Assembly (NCBI GenBank): GCA_964587045.1
Contig: CAZPJY010000003.1
Span: 2,079-65,672 of the forward strand
Direction of reading: 5' to 3'
Source of the DNA: an uncultured Methanosarcinales archaeon
GTDB lineage: Archaea; Nanobdellota; Nanobdellia; Woesearchaeales; CAZPJY01
DNA length: 63,594 nucleotides
Shown: piece by piece, positions 36,183 to 45,300 of the stretch
Layout of the letters: every line of letters begins with the position of its first letter
Numbering within the stretch: position 1 is the stretch's first letter
Notes under the pieces: generated by a model
Databases searched by the model: none
The model's input: only the letters and a program-made list of their open reading frames with translations
Told to the model about the DNA's origin: nothing
Program-made: the position numbers and the translations under genes

Positions 36183-37405
36183 GAGTTGTACCTCTCCACT
36201 ATCTCCCTAACCCTCTCGGCGAAATGCGGGACGTCATCAGCTGGCGGCAGCGGCTCAATCTGCTCGGGGTTCTCCCTTATGGGCAAGAAGGCCTCCTCTG
36301 CGGCCCTGCCGAACACTATCATAGTTTCCTTCTCCTTCTTTTCGTCATAGAAGAAATCTGAGATCCACGCCTGCCCCTTATAGACCTGGAGATGCTTCTC
36401 AGCCTCCTCATAGAAAGCCTTTATCAGGCGGGTCTCGGTGTCAACGTCAAGCAACTGGGTGCCTCCCAGCTTGTATATCTTGCGGTAGAAGGCCTTGTCG
36501 ATATCGATGGCCATCTTGAAAAGACCTCTTGTGTGGTCGTCCCCGGAAATTGGGGAGTGCCTGTGGTCGTAGACATACTCCTTGATGTCCGGGTCGTACC
36601 TGCCAGTGTTTATCTGGCACCGCTTGAAGGGCCGCTTGAAGAGGTAAGACACTGTGCCTATCTCAAGGCCCCAGTCGGGATGTATGGGTATGAAGGGTGC
36701 GAGTTTTGCCGACATGCCGAACTCGCCTGACAGGAGGTAGTTATAGCCTCCAATGTATTCCAGGAACTCGTGGATTAGGTTGTTGCTGCCGAACACCTTG
36801 TCCAGCGCGCTTATGAGCGGACGGACCGAAAGCCTCAGGACGCGCCCGTACATCTCGTACCTGCCCTCTTCGTTTCGGGCCACCCTGTGGTAGTACGCCT
36901 TGACGAAATCGTAGCTCAAGCCGGTCAGAGGGAGTATCAGGCTCTGGAGGAAGCGCTCGTCGTAGGTCTTGATGTCCGCGTCATGCAGGATGTACTGGAG
37001 GCTCGGATCCTTCTGCAGTTGGGTGTAGTAGTAGAGAAGGGATGTCCACACGTTCAGTCCCTTGCCTGCATTGATGTTGATGCCTTCCTTCTTCATATCT
37101 TCCTGAAGCTCGAGCATCTCGGGAGCAGAGTTCCATATTATCGTGTACGCATCCCCACAGCTGTCTTTTACTTGCCGGAAGTCGGACTCCTCCGATGCCT
37201 GATCGAGGCCTCCGACGAGGTAGTCCAGGTATGGGGCTTTCTTGTCGATTGGGCATATGCCATCCACGAACGTCGGGCTGACCGCGTCTTCAAGGGTGAA
37301 TGGCACGAAGCCGAGCACTTTCTTGTTCTTGGACCTCAGCCTTTCTGTAGCATCGCCCCTGATCTTGGTAAGGTCGACAATTATGGTGTTCGTGTTAAAA
37401 GGCAT
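36179..37405 (-). CDS. GT-A glycosyltransferase, mannosyl-/glucosyl-3-phosphoglycerate synthase-like
   Basis: About 408 aa. NAGKGLNVW and ILHDADI (DxD) motifs recall the GT55/GT81 compatible-solute synthases. The family assignment is from memory only. Confidence 0.4.
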   Translation of the reverse strand: MPFNTNTIIVDLTKIRGDATERLRSKNKKVLGFVPFTLEDAVSPTFVDGICPIDKKAPYLDYLVGGLDQASEESDFRQVKDSCGDAYTIIWNSAPEMLELQEDMKKEGININAGKGLNVWTSLLYYYTQLQKDPSLQYILHDADIKTYDERFLQSLILPLTGLSYDFVKAYYHRVARNEEGRYEMYGRVLRLSVRPLISALDKVFGSNNLIHEFLEYIGGYNYLLSGEFGMSAKLAPFIPIHPDWGLEIGTVSYLFKRPFKRCQINTGRYDPDIKEYVYDHRHSPISGDDHTRGLFKMAIDIDKAFYRKIYKLGGTQLLDVDTETRLIKAFYEEAEKHLQVYKGQAWISDFFYDEKKEKETMIVFGRAAEEAFLPIRENPEQIEPLPPADDVPHFAERVREIVERYNS

Positions 37406-37485
37406 CGGTCTCACATCTAGCTTGGAAATACTACGAAATACACCCCCTCACTCACTGGGTTGTAGGCATATTTAAAAATATTTCG

Positions 37486-37779
37486 CTAAATGTCCAAAAA
37501 GACATTTCTGATTCCCTTATCGACGACGAATCTGGTCGAGCTCTCACCGACAGAAAGGCTGTACTCCCCTGGCAGGAGATGTGCGTAGACCACTCCCTGC
37601 TCATCAGTGAGGGTCTCGCAGAAGTGGCCCTGCCCATCCCACCGAACCAGCTCGTCAGGGAGGGGGGTGCCGTCGTGGGTCAGGACTATGCTGACGTTCA
37701 CCAGCTCGCCTGATGTGAACGGTGCGCAATGCGGGCCGCACCCGGCGAGCAGCAGCAACAGCGGTATGAGCCATCTCAT
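37486..37779 (-). CDS. small secreted lipoprotein
   Basis: MRWLIPLLLLLAGCGPH is a signal peptide with the lipobox LLAGC. 97 aa. Confidence 0.6.
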   Translation of the reverse strand: MRWLIPLLLLLAGCGPHCAPFTSGELVNVSIVLTHDGTPLPDELVRWDGQGHFCETLTDEQGVVYAHLLPGEYSLSVGESSTRFVVDKGIRNVFLDI

Positions 37780-37852
37780 AATGCAAAGAGCAGGGCATCA
37801 TGTATATTAACGTTTCCGCAAGGCTTAAAAAAAAGCTACTAGTTCTCGGCAC

Positions 37853-38692
37853 ATGCCGCCGCAGGGGATGCACGCGCTGATGTCGCACATGACATACAGC
37901 AAGAGGGACACGAAGAATCTGGTATACTCAATCATGCCTGACCTGGTCTGGCTCTACACCGACTTTGACGAGCACGTCTGCCATTCCAGGCGCACAATCC
38001 GGCAGGTCCAGAGGTTCGTCGGAGAGAACCCGTCTGACGGGTCCAGGTACATCCCGCTGTACATCAAGCACCACATTGTGGCAGACAGGCTGTGCGACTC
38101 TCGACACGGCGTACTCACGGCGTACGCGCAGGAAATGCTCCAGCTCGCACGCAATAGTGGCCTGTTCAAGAGGACGGGCCTCTTCTTCAACGAAAAGAAG
38201 CAGTTCTCGTTCGCCCAGCTGCTGGACGACCTGGCCATGGACCAAGCCATATTCGAGCGGTACGGCACCTCACACCTCGACGCACTCAACTATTCGGCGA
38301 GGCACATTGACCGCAGCTACGCGTACAGGCTCCTCACAAACTCCTTCATCCCGCGCTCGCACAAGAAGAGGAGGATATTAAGTGAGAAGACATCGTCCCT
38401 CATTGAGGAGATATCGAAGACAGACTTCCACTTCCTGACCGACACTGAGAGCATTCTCGCGACGGTCAAGAAGAAGGTGAACCACAATAAGAAAAGGGCG
38501 ATGAACTCCTTTGCAAGCAGGTTCTTCATACCATTATTAGAGGAGAAGAAACCCATTCTCGAGGGGATAATCAAGGAACAAAAGGAGATGTACCTCGGCA
38601 GAATCGACGACCTGCTCAGGCTCATCTACGACAGGACCAACAGCTTCATGTCCGAGGTGCCTGACCACACCATCGGCGAGCTCTTTGGCTGA
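37853..38692 (+). CDS. hypothetical protein
   Basis: 279-aa ORF, helical, no motif recognised. Start codon uncertain. Confidence 0.45.
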   Translation: MPPQGMHALMSHMTYSKRDTKNLVYSIMPDLVWLYTDFDEHVCHSRRTIRQVQRFVGENPSDGSRYIPLYIKHHIVADRLCDSRHGVLTAYAQEMLQLARNSGLFKRTGLFFNEKKQFSFAQLLDDLAMDQAIFERYGTSHLDALNYSARHIDRSYAYRLLTNSFIPRSHKKRRILSEKTSSLIEEISKTDFHFLTDTESILATVKKKVNHNKKRAMNSFASRFFIPLLEEKKPILEGIIKEQKEMYLGRIDDLLRLIYDRTNSFMSEVPDHTIGELFG

Positions 38693-38697
38693 GGGCA

Positions 38698-39057
38698 TCA
38701 ATCCATATTGAGAGTATCAATCAACATCGTACTGAGCTTCTCTACCGCTGCCTTTGCCCTCCTCCTGTAGTACCACCCGCCGATGCTGAAGAGCTGTCCG
38801 AACTTAATGCTGCGCTTCACTGCCAGACTGGCCTTGCGGGCCTCCCAATAATCCTTGAAGTCGTATTTGAGTATGTCGTCGATCGCGGCCTTCCTCGCAT
38901 CCCAGTCCGGCACATTCTGCTCCATCTCAACCACATCAGAAGCGAGGCTCACAGGCATGGAATACTCACCGAAGGTGTCGTCAATAGTCCAGTAGACCTT
39001 GACCGCCTTGGTGGAATCAAGCCTCTCAAGCAATCTGTCCAATTCGATAGCAACCAC
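38698..39057 (-). CDS. hypothetical small protein (start uncertain)
   Basis: C-terminal part of the 330-aa ORF 38698-39690, the rest of which is antisense to hel308-C. In-frame GTG at 39057 lies about 27 nt from the TTATATAAAA box. Alternative ATG (MPVSLASD...) further in. Confidence 0.4.
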   Translation of the reverse strand: MVAIELDRLLERLDSTKAVKVYWTIDDTFGEYSMPVSLASDVVEMEQNVPDWDARKAAIDDILKYDFKDYWEARKASLAVKRSIKFGQLFSIGGWYYRRRAKAAVEKLSTMLIDTLNMD

Positions 39058-39079
39058 CCCGTGCTGGTATAGGAACTCC

Positions 39080-39128
39080 TTATATAAAAAACATTCCACC
39101 GGACAGGCCTTCACAAAATTTATTAAGA
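39080..39128. promoter_or_regulatory. back-to-back TATA boxes (minus-strand small ORF and hel308 C-fragment)
   Basis: TTATATAAAA (39080-39089) is about 27 nt from GTG 39057 on the minus strand. AAAATTTATTAAG (39116-39128) is about 27 nt from ATG 39149 on the plus strand. Confidence 0.4.
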
Positions 39129-39148
39129 GCTGGAGATTCGATGCCCTT

Positions 39149-40696
39149 ATGAGGATAAAGCAGCCGACAGGGATTCCGGCCATCGATTTGGCCCTGGACA
39201 CCCTGGATAAGAAAAAGCAGGCCTTCATCTTCGTGAACTCCAAGAGGTCAGCCGAAAGAACCGCAGAGGACGTGGCCAAGAGCGCGGGGATGGAGGGCGA
39301 TGAGCTCAAGGCGCTCGCAGACCAGGTCAAAGGCGTGCTCCCCAAGCCCACCAAGCAGTGCGCCAGGCTCGCATTCTGCCTTGAGAGGGGCGTCGCGTTC
39401 CACCACGCGGGCCTGGTCGGAAAGCAGAGGGAGCTGATAGAAGATGGTTTCCGCAGAGGAGTCATCAAGATCATCGCGTGCACCCCCACCCTCGCAGCCG
39501 GGGTCGACCTGCCCGCGTTCCGCACCATCCTCAGGGATGTCAAGAGGTACGGCAGCCCGTGGGGACTGTCCTGGATCCCTGTGCTCGAGTACATGCAGCA
39601 GGCCGGCAGGGCCGGAAGGCCGTCCTTCGACGACTTCGGCGAGGCATTGGTTGTCGCGGCAAACGATGCCGACCGAAAGGAGATAATCAAGCGTTACCTG
39701 TCGGGCGAGCCTGAAGAGATATTCTCTAAGCTCGCCGTGGAGCCTGTCCTGAGGACGTACGTGCTCTCACTGATAGTCGCAGGCTACATCACCGACGAGA
39801 AGGGCATGTTCGGATTCTTCGAGAGGACCTTTTGGGCGCACCAGTACAAGGACATGGAGAAGCTCAAGAGCAAGCTGCAGAAGGTGGTGCAGCAGCTTAA
39901 GGAATGGGAGTTCCTCACACCTTCAGACGATTTCGTGAGCGCCGACGACCTGGGCAAGGAGGATGCCGGGCTCAAGGCGACGCTCATCGGAAGGAGGGTG
40001 GCTGAGCTCTACTTAGACCCCCTGACCGCCTACAGCCTGATGCAGGGCCTGCGTCTCGCCTCTTCCGCAGAGGTCAAGGCCGTCACCTTCCTCAACCTCG
40101 TGGCCTCGGCTTTGGAGATGCGGCCCTACCCAAGGATCAAGGCCGCGGAGTGGGAGGACATGCAGGAGAAGCTTGCGGCCTACTCCCCCTACCTCGTTGT
40201 AAAAGAGCCCTCCCTCTACGCAGCCGAGTACGAGGACTTCCTCTCCTCCTTCAAGCTGACCCTGATGCTGATGGACTGGGTGGAGGAAAAGGACGAGGAG
40301 TACCTGCTCGAGGGGTACAGCATCAGGCCGGGCGAGCTGCGAGTCAAGCTCGACCTGGCGGACTGGCTCCTCTACGCGTGCGAGGAGCTCTCGAATATCA
40401 TGCAGTTCCGCGCTGTCAGGTCGCACGTGTCCAAGACCAGGTTCAGGGCAAGGTACGGCGTCAAGGAGGAGCTGTTTGCTCTGCTGAAGCTCAAGAACGT
40501 CGGGCGCGTCAGGGCCAGACGCCTCTACAACTCGCGCATCCGCGACCTCAGCGACGTGAAGCGGGCTGATGCCCACGTCCTCTCACAAATCGTCGGGCCT
40601 GCGGTCGCAAAGGACATCAAGAAGCAGGTCGGCCAAGAGGTCGAAGTGGTGCCAGAACGCAAGAGGAAAGGGCAGGTTTCGCTCAAGGATTTCTAG
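39149..40696 (+). CDS. hel308: Hel308/Ski2-type helicase, C-terminal fragment (RecA2, winged-helix, ratchet and HhH-like domains)
   Basis: AFIFVNSKR, AFHHAGL, TPTLAAGVDLPA and QQAGRAGRP motifs. C-terminal LKNVGRVRARRLYNSRIRDLSDV is HhH-like. Begins MRIKQPTG. No RecA1 motifs. Confidence 0.85.
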   Translation: MRIKQPTGIPAIDLALDTLDKKKQAFIFVNSKRSAERTAEDVAKSAGMEGDELKALADQVKGVLPKPTKQCARLAFCLERGVAFHHAGLVGKQRELIEDGFRRGVIKIIACTPTLAAGVDLPAFRTILRDVKRYGSPWGLSWIPVLEYMQQAGRAGRPSFDDFGEALVVAANDADRKEIIKRYLSGEPEEIFSKLAVEPVLRTYVLSLIVAGYITDEKGMFGFFERTFWAHQYKDMEKLKSKLQKVVQQLKEWEFLTPSDDFVSADDLGKEDAGLKATLIGRRVAELYLDPLTAYSLMQGLRLASSAEVKAVTFLNLVASALEMRPYPRIKAAEWEDMQEKLAAYSPYLVVKEPSLYAAEYEDFLSSFKLTLMLMDWVEEKDEEYLLEGYSIRPGELRVKLDLADWLLYACEELSNIMQFRAVRSHVSKTRFRARYGVKEELFALLKLKNVGRVRARRLYNSRIRDLSDVKRADAHVLSQIVGPAVAKDIKKQVGQEVEVVPERKRKGQVSLKDF

Positions 40697-41721
40697 TCAG
40701 TCTCAGGGAACAGCGTGCTGACCGAGTCGTCCGTGTGTATGGAGAATATCGCGTTGGCAAAGAGCTTCGACACGCTTATCTGCTCGAACCACTTGTTCTT
40801 CTTGTTGAATTCCTTGCCTTGGTAGACGGTGTTGAGTCCCACTATCTTCACGCCGAGCTTCCCGAACCTCTCCTCTGCCGGAGGGGAGAACAGGGGGTGG
40901 GAGCAGAATATCTGGATGGACGCCGGCTTGTGGTCCTTCATCCTCTTTATCGCCGCCTCCACGGTCCCGCCGGAGTCGACGATGTCGTCGAGTATCACTA
41001 CATGCTTTCCGGTCACGTCGCCCACCAGTCCGAAGCTCTCAGCCTCGCCGGCCCTGGGGCGTATCTTGTTGATTATGGCAAAGCTCGCGCCGATCATGTT
41101 CGCAAACCTGATGGTCCTCCTCGCAGCCCCGGCATCAGGCGCGACGGCCACGTAGTCTTTCCTCGCGTCCCTGATCTCCTTGAAGTGCTCAGCCAGCCTC
41201 CCGATGCCCGTCAGGTTGTCTACCTTGACGTTCTTTGGGTAGAAAAAGCCCTGTATCTGCGAAGAGTGGAAGTCCAGGGTGAGGACGCGGTCAGCGCCGC
41301 TCTTGTCGATGAGGTCGGCAAGCAGCCTGGCGGATATGGGGCTCCGCCCTTGCGTCTTCCTGTCCTGCCTGCCGTACGCGAAGTAGGGGATCACGTTGGT
41401 TATCCTCGAGGCGCTCGCAAGCTTCAGGGTCTGGTTGATCAGGTAGAGCCTGTGCAGGTTGTCATGCACGTTGTATGACTTGTCGTAAGGGGCGTGCATG
41501 TAGTGTATGACGAAGACGTCCTTTCCGCGCACGTTTTCCTTTATCGTAAAGAACATCTCGCCGTCGCGGAATCGCTTCTCGTCGTACTCTAAGGCCTTCA
41601 GGGTCTTGGACTCGTTGGATATCTTCGCCCTCGAGCTCCGGTAAAGCTCGTTGAGGTAATGAATGATGCGCTCGGCAAAGTAGTCGCCGTTGACAGTGAG
41701 TATCCTCAGTTCGTGCTCCAT
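40693..41721 (-). CDS. prs: ribose-phosphate pyrophosphokinase (PRPP synthetase)
   Basis: NVIPYFAYGRQDRK and VVILDDIVDSGGT motifs. I prefer the start at MEHELRIL (41721). Confidence 0.85.
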   Translation of the reverse strand: MEHELRILTVNGDYFAERIIHYLNELYRSSRAKISNESKTLKALEYDEKRFRDGEMFFTIKENVRGKDVFVIHYMHAPYDKSYNVHDNLHRLYLINQTLKLASASRITNVIPYFAYGRQDRKTQGRSPISARLLADLIDKSGADRVLTLDFHSSQIQGFFYPKNVKVDNLTGIGRLAEHFKEIRDARKDYVAVAPDAGAARRTIRFANMIGASFAIINKIRPRAGEAESFGLVGDVTGKHVVILDDIVDSGGTVEAAIKRMKDHKPASIQIFCSHPLFSPPAEERFGKLGVKIVGLNTVYQGKEFNKKNKWFEQISVSKLFANAIFSIHTDDSVSTLFPETD

Positions 41722-41807
41722 CGAACCACCCTTAGAACTGGGATGGGCAGGCCGTTTATAAAATTTTGCCAATGTATATATATTCATCCCTCATTTCGGC
41801 ATGCCGA

Positions 41808-42899
41808 ATGGAACCCTTAGTCGTTGGCATCGATCCCGGCACCACTCTCGGCTACGCAGTGCTCGACACCTACGGCAACCTCATCGCCATCAGGTCGGGG
41901 AGGACTTACTCCCTTCCGATACTGCTAAAGGAGCTGACCTCTCTGGGCGACGTCGCGATGGTGGCCACAGACAAGGCCAACCCGCCGACCCTGTGCCGCA
42001 AGGTCTCAGCCAAGCTTGGAGCAGCCCTGTCCTGGCCCAGGAAGGACCTCGCCGTGGCCGAGAAGAAGTCGCTTACCAAGAGGTACTCGTACGCCAACAG
42101 CCACGAGATGGACTCCCTCGCCGCAGCACTTTACGCTCTGAAGGGCGTCAGGCCCAAGATGAGGCGGATAGAGAGCTATGTCAGGCGGTCCAAGGACCCG
42201 GCGCTCGAGGCTCCCCTAAAAAAGCTGATGATACGCCAGGGTTCGCTTAGCTTGGCTGATGCTGTCGACATCCTGACAACGCCTTCCGCTCCGCCCACAG
42301 TCAGCAGGGAGAGGAAAAAGGAGGGCAGGGACAGGAAGCTTGACAGGCTCAGGGAGCTGCTCACCCAAAAGGATCGGGAGATAGCAATCCTCAGGAGGAA
42401 GGGCAAGGGCCGCGTCATAAGGGTGGAGGAGTTGAGGGACCCCCGAACCTCAAGCGACGAGCTGGTCCACCTCAAGGAGCGGCGTATCAGGTCCCTGGAC
42501 CAGCAGGCCAGGCTGCTGCGCGAGGTCATCAGGGCCAAGGACGGCGAGATCAGGCTGCTTAACAGGATGCTGTCGCTCGCAGGCTCAAACCTGCTGGTCA
42601 GGCGGGTCAGGTCGCTTGGCAAAGCTGAGCTTGGGGATGTCAAGCAGCAGGAGATAATCATGATCGAGGACCCCTCGTCTTTCAGCGCGTCAGCGGTGCA
42701 GCTACTTGCCGATAAGCATGCGATGCTCATATCACCCAAGAGGTTCCCTGCGCAGGTGTCTAGGCAGGTGTCAACCATCCGCATGAAGCCAGTCCTGGCA
42801 AGCCAGCATTATGCCGTTGTGGACAGTAAAGAATTCGACAGCGCAAGGAGCGGGCTGGACATAAGCGAGGTAGTGGAGAGCTACAGGTCAGACCGCTAG
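41808..42899 (+). CDS. DUF460/COG2433-type protein (RNase H-fold N-domain plus coiled coil)
   Basis: MEPLVVGIDPGTTLGYAVLD is a RuvC/YqgF-like N-terminus, followed by a basic coiled-coil region. Family assignment is from memory. Confidence 0.5.
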   Translation: MEPLVVGIDPGTTLGYAVLDTYGNLIAIRSGRTYSLPILLKELTSLGDVAMVATDKANPPTLCRKVSAKLGAALSWPRKDLAVAEKKSLTKRYSYANSHEMDSLAAALYALKGVRPKMRRIESYVRRSKDPALEAPLKKLMIRQGSLSLADAVDILTTPSAPPTVSRERKKEGRDRKLDRLRELLTQKDREIAILRRKGKGRVIRVEELRDPRTSSDELVHLKERRIRSLDQQARLLREVIRAKDGEIRLLNRMLSLAGSNLLVRRVRSLGKAELGDVKQQEIIMIEDPSSFSASAVQLLADKHAMLISPKRFPAQVSRQVSTIRMKPVLASQHYAVVDSKEFDSARSGLDISEVVESYRSDR

Positions 42900-43733
42900 C
42901 CAGCCGTGGTAGAACACCACGCTGATGGTGTCGCCGACCTGCCCGCTGACTTTTCCGCCCAGCCTCTCGCTCTGGAAGGTCTCGGGGTCCATCACCTCAG
43001 GGTGAGGCTTCAGACGGGTGAGCTGAGCCTCCTTCACTTCTAGCCGGGCCCATTCCGGCGCCTTCTTGGACCAGCGCTTCCCGGTGGCCAGGTCGACCCC
43101 TGAGAAGGTCTCTCCGAGCGATGTTATCCGGATCGCCTTGCCGTCGCACGCGATCACATCCCCTGGTGACAGGCCCGGAAGCCTGACCTTTACCGATATC
43201 CTCTTCAGGGCCTTGCTGGTCTGGTGGTCGCGCGAATACAGGTGGTCTGAGACCGACATGGTGCCACCGAACTCTGAGACGAGCTTCCTGGCAAGCTTGA
43301 CCGCAAAACCTGACCTGGTGAGCTTCACGTCCACTCCGCCTCTGACCTCCTTGAAGTCGGTCGCATGCACGCCCTCAGCCTTACCGACTTCGGAGTTCAC
43401 CCGATCGATCGCTTCATCTGACGGGTTCCTGAGCTGCAGGGTGGCCTCGAAATACCTGGTTCCTGCCTTGGAGCACGCGGGACACGTCCTGACCTCGTAG
43501 GAGAAGCCGTCGACCGTCTCCTTGATGCCGGGCTTGAGCCTCAGCCCAGCTGGGAAGCGAACCTTCAGCAGCCTCTCTGCCACGCCGGGTTTGCGCCAGA
43601 CGTTCTTGACCAGAACCTTGCCGCACGTGCAGAATACGACGGGCTTTTGCGCCTTCCGAGACCTCTTTGGCCTGCAGTCTGGGCAGAACTCTTCTTTTCC
43701 TATCTCCTTTCCGCACCCCGGGCAGAATCCCAT
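42888..43733 (-). CDS. NMD3-like zinc-ribbon protein
   Basis: MGFCPGCG...CPDC...CTCG...CPAC Cys clusters followed by a beta-rich domain, as in archaeal NMD3 homologues. Confidence 0.55.
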   Translation of the reverse strand: MGFCPGCGKEIGKEEFCPDCRPKRSRKAQKPVVFCTCGKVLVKNVWRKPGVAERLLKVRFPAGLRLKPGIKETVDGFSYEVRTCPACSKAGTRYFEATLQLRNPSDEAIDRVNSEVGKAEGVHATDFKEVRGGVDVKLTRSGFAVKLARKLVSEFGGTMSVSDHLYSRDHQTSKALKRISVKVRLPGLSPGDVIACDGKAIRITSLGETFSGVDLATGKRWSKKAPEWARLEVKEAQLTRLKPHPEVMDPETFQSERLGGKVSGQVGDTISVVFYHGWLAV

Positions 43734-43782
43734 ACGGGGGGGAGAGGCTGAGGAGTATTAAAAGCTTGGGGAAAATATAAAT

Positions 43783-44079
43783 ATGTCCCTGCCTTTGCGT
43801 CACCGCATGGCAGACCACAAACTCAAGCTTTTCGCACAAGCGGTCGCAGACCACCTGAAAGGGACGGTGAACGAGCGAAGCGATCATCTCATGGAGATCC
43901 ACAAGAAAGGCCTGATCGGCAGCAAGATAATGGGATTCGCCTTCTGGCTTCAGGATCCCACAGGCGTGAGGTACCTGGCTTACAGGCCCAGCGCAGGTCA
44001 GAAGGTGAGCCAATCCCTCAAATCGGTGATGCATAAGGTCCGTGACGGCTATTCCGTGTACATCATCGAGGAAATTTGA
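43783..44079 (+). CDS. hypothetical protein
   Basis: 98-aa ORF whose ATG directly follows AAAATATAAAT. I prefer it over the overlapping 237-aa minus-strand ORF, which also runs antisense through nmd3. Confidence 0.4.
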   Translation: MSLPLRHRMADHKLKLFAQAVADHLKGTVNERSDHLMEIHKKGLIGSKIMGFAFWLQDPTGVRYLAYRPSAGQKVSQSLKSVMHKVRDGYSVYIIEEI

Positions 44080-44119
44080 ACCGCAAATCTTATAAGAGAC
44101 GCATAAATCCTTCTCTCCT

Positions 44120-44749
44120 ATGCTCAAGAAATCGCCCTATGAGGGCAAGACCACATGGCAGAAGGTGTGGTACTTCATCTGGGATGATGACAGCATCTGG
44201 AGCTGGATTGTAAATATCATCATCGCATTCGTCCTCATCAAGTTCATCGTCTACCCAGGCCTCGGCCTCATGTTAGGGACCACGCATCCGATAGTGGCTG
44301 TGGTCTCAGGCAGCATGGAGCACCACGGCTCGTTCGACGACTGGTGGGTCTCACAGGCAGCGTGCGGCAGGACGCCGTGCAGGCAGGCCGACTGGTACAT
44401 CAACAATAACATAACCGAGGCCGACTTCCAGGAGTTCCCCTTCAAAAACGGCTTCAACACGGGCGATATAATGATACTGCGCAGCTCTGACGAGGTGTCT
44501 GTGGGCGACGTCATAGTGTTCCAGTCCAACCGCCCGGACCCCATAATACACAGGGTGATACGCATCTGGGATGTCGACGGGGAGATGCACTTCCAGACCA
44601 AGGGCGACGCCAACATAGCCAGCTCGCTCGCGATAGGCGAGTATGACATACCTGATGACCGGGTGATCGGCAAGGCCTGGATCAGGGTGCCGCTGCTCGG
44701 GTGGATTAAGATAGGTTTCGTCAATCTGATACAACTGTTCACTGGGTGA
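44120..44749 (+). CDS. signal peptidase I (archaeal/ER Sec11 type, S26B)
   Basis: N-terminal TM helix, VVSGSMEH (Ser nucleophile), PIIHRVI (His), TKGDAN. Confidence 0.8.
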   Translation: MLKKSPYEGKTTWQKVWYFIWDDDSIWSWIVNIIIAFVLIKFIVYPGLGLMLGTTHPIVAVVSGSMEHHGSFDDWWVSQAACGRTPCRQADWYINNNITEADFQEFPFKNGFNTGDIMILRSSDEVSVGDVIVFQSNRPDPIIHRVIRIWDVDGEMHFQTKGDANIASSLAIGEYDIPDDRVIGKAWIRVPLLGWIKIGFVNLIQLFTG

Positions 44750-44754
44750 TCCGA

Positions 44755-45069
44755 ATGTTTTGTCCAAAATGCGGGGCGATACTGCTCCCGAAAACAAAAG
44801 ACGGCAAGAAGGTTCTCGCGTGCTCCTGCGGCTACACTGACAGGAAGGGTGAGATGAACACGACCATGCAGGAGAAGGTCCAAAAGAAGGAGGAGATAGA
44901 GGTCGTCGACAAGGAGGTCGAGACCAACCCCATCGCTGAGGTGGAGTGCCCCAAATGCGGCCACGGCAGGGCCTTCTACTGGTTCGTGCAGACGCGCGCG
45001 GCCGACGAGCCTGCGACGCGCTTCAACAAGTGCGAGAAGTGCAAGCACATCTGGAGGGACTACAGCTAG
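44755..45069 (+). CDS. tfs: transcription factor S (TFS / RpoM)
   Basis: N-terminal ribbon CPKCG...CSCG. C-terminal ribbon CPKCG...QTRAADEP...CEKCKH carries the acidic hairpin. Confidence 0.9.
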   Translation: MFCPKCGAILLPKTKDGKKVLACSCGYTDRKGEMNTTMQEKVQKKEEIEVVDKEVETNPIAEVECPKCGHGRAFYWFVQTRAADEPATRFNKCEKCKHIWRDYS

Positions 45070-45300
45070 ATGGGGCCTGGCACCTTCACCCTACTGGTAA
45101 GGCCGAAGAGCCCTAAGACGCGGCTGGTCGGATGGGATGACGAGCGCAAAGCGTACAGGCTCAACGTCAGAGCGCAGCCTGAGGGGGGCAAGGCGAATGC
45201 TGAGATCATCAAGTTCTTTTCAAGGGAGTTCGGCCTTGACGCAAGAATCATATCAGGCGCAACGTCGCACCGGAAGGTGGTGCGGCTAAGCAAGGTTTAA
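45070..45300 (+). CDS. DUF167 (YggU) family protein
   Basis: 76 aa. VRAQPEGGKANAEIIKFFSREFG...ISGATSHRKVV is the DUF167 signature. Confidence 0.75.
   Translation: MGPGTFTLLVRPKSPKTRLVGWDDERKAYRLNVRAQPEGGKANAEIIKFFSREFGLDARIISGATSHRKVVRLSKV

Noticed and set aside
38698-39690. 330-aa minus-strand ORF overlapping the start of the Hel308 C-fragment.
   Set aside because: From 39149 upward it is antisense to strongly conserved helicase motifs and has a Ser/Ala/Pro-rich artefact composition. Only the 3' part (38698-39057) is kept as a possible small gene.
43414-44127. 237-aa minus-strand ORF.
   Set aside because: It runs antisense through the nmd3-like gene and through ORF 43783-44079. Its composition is typical of a shadow ORF in GC-rich DNA.
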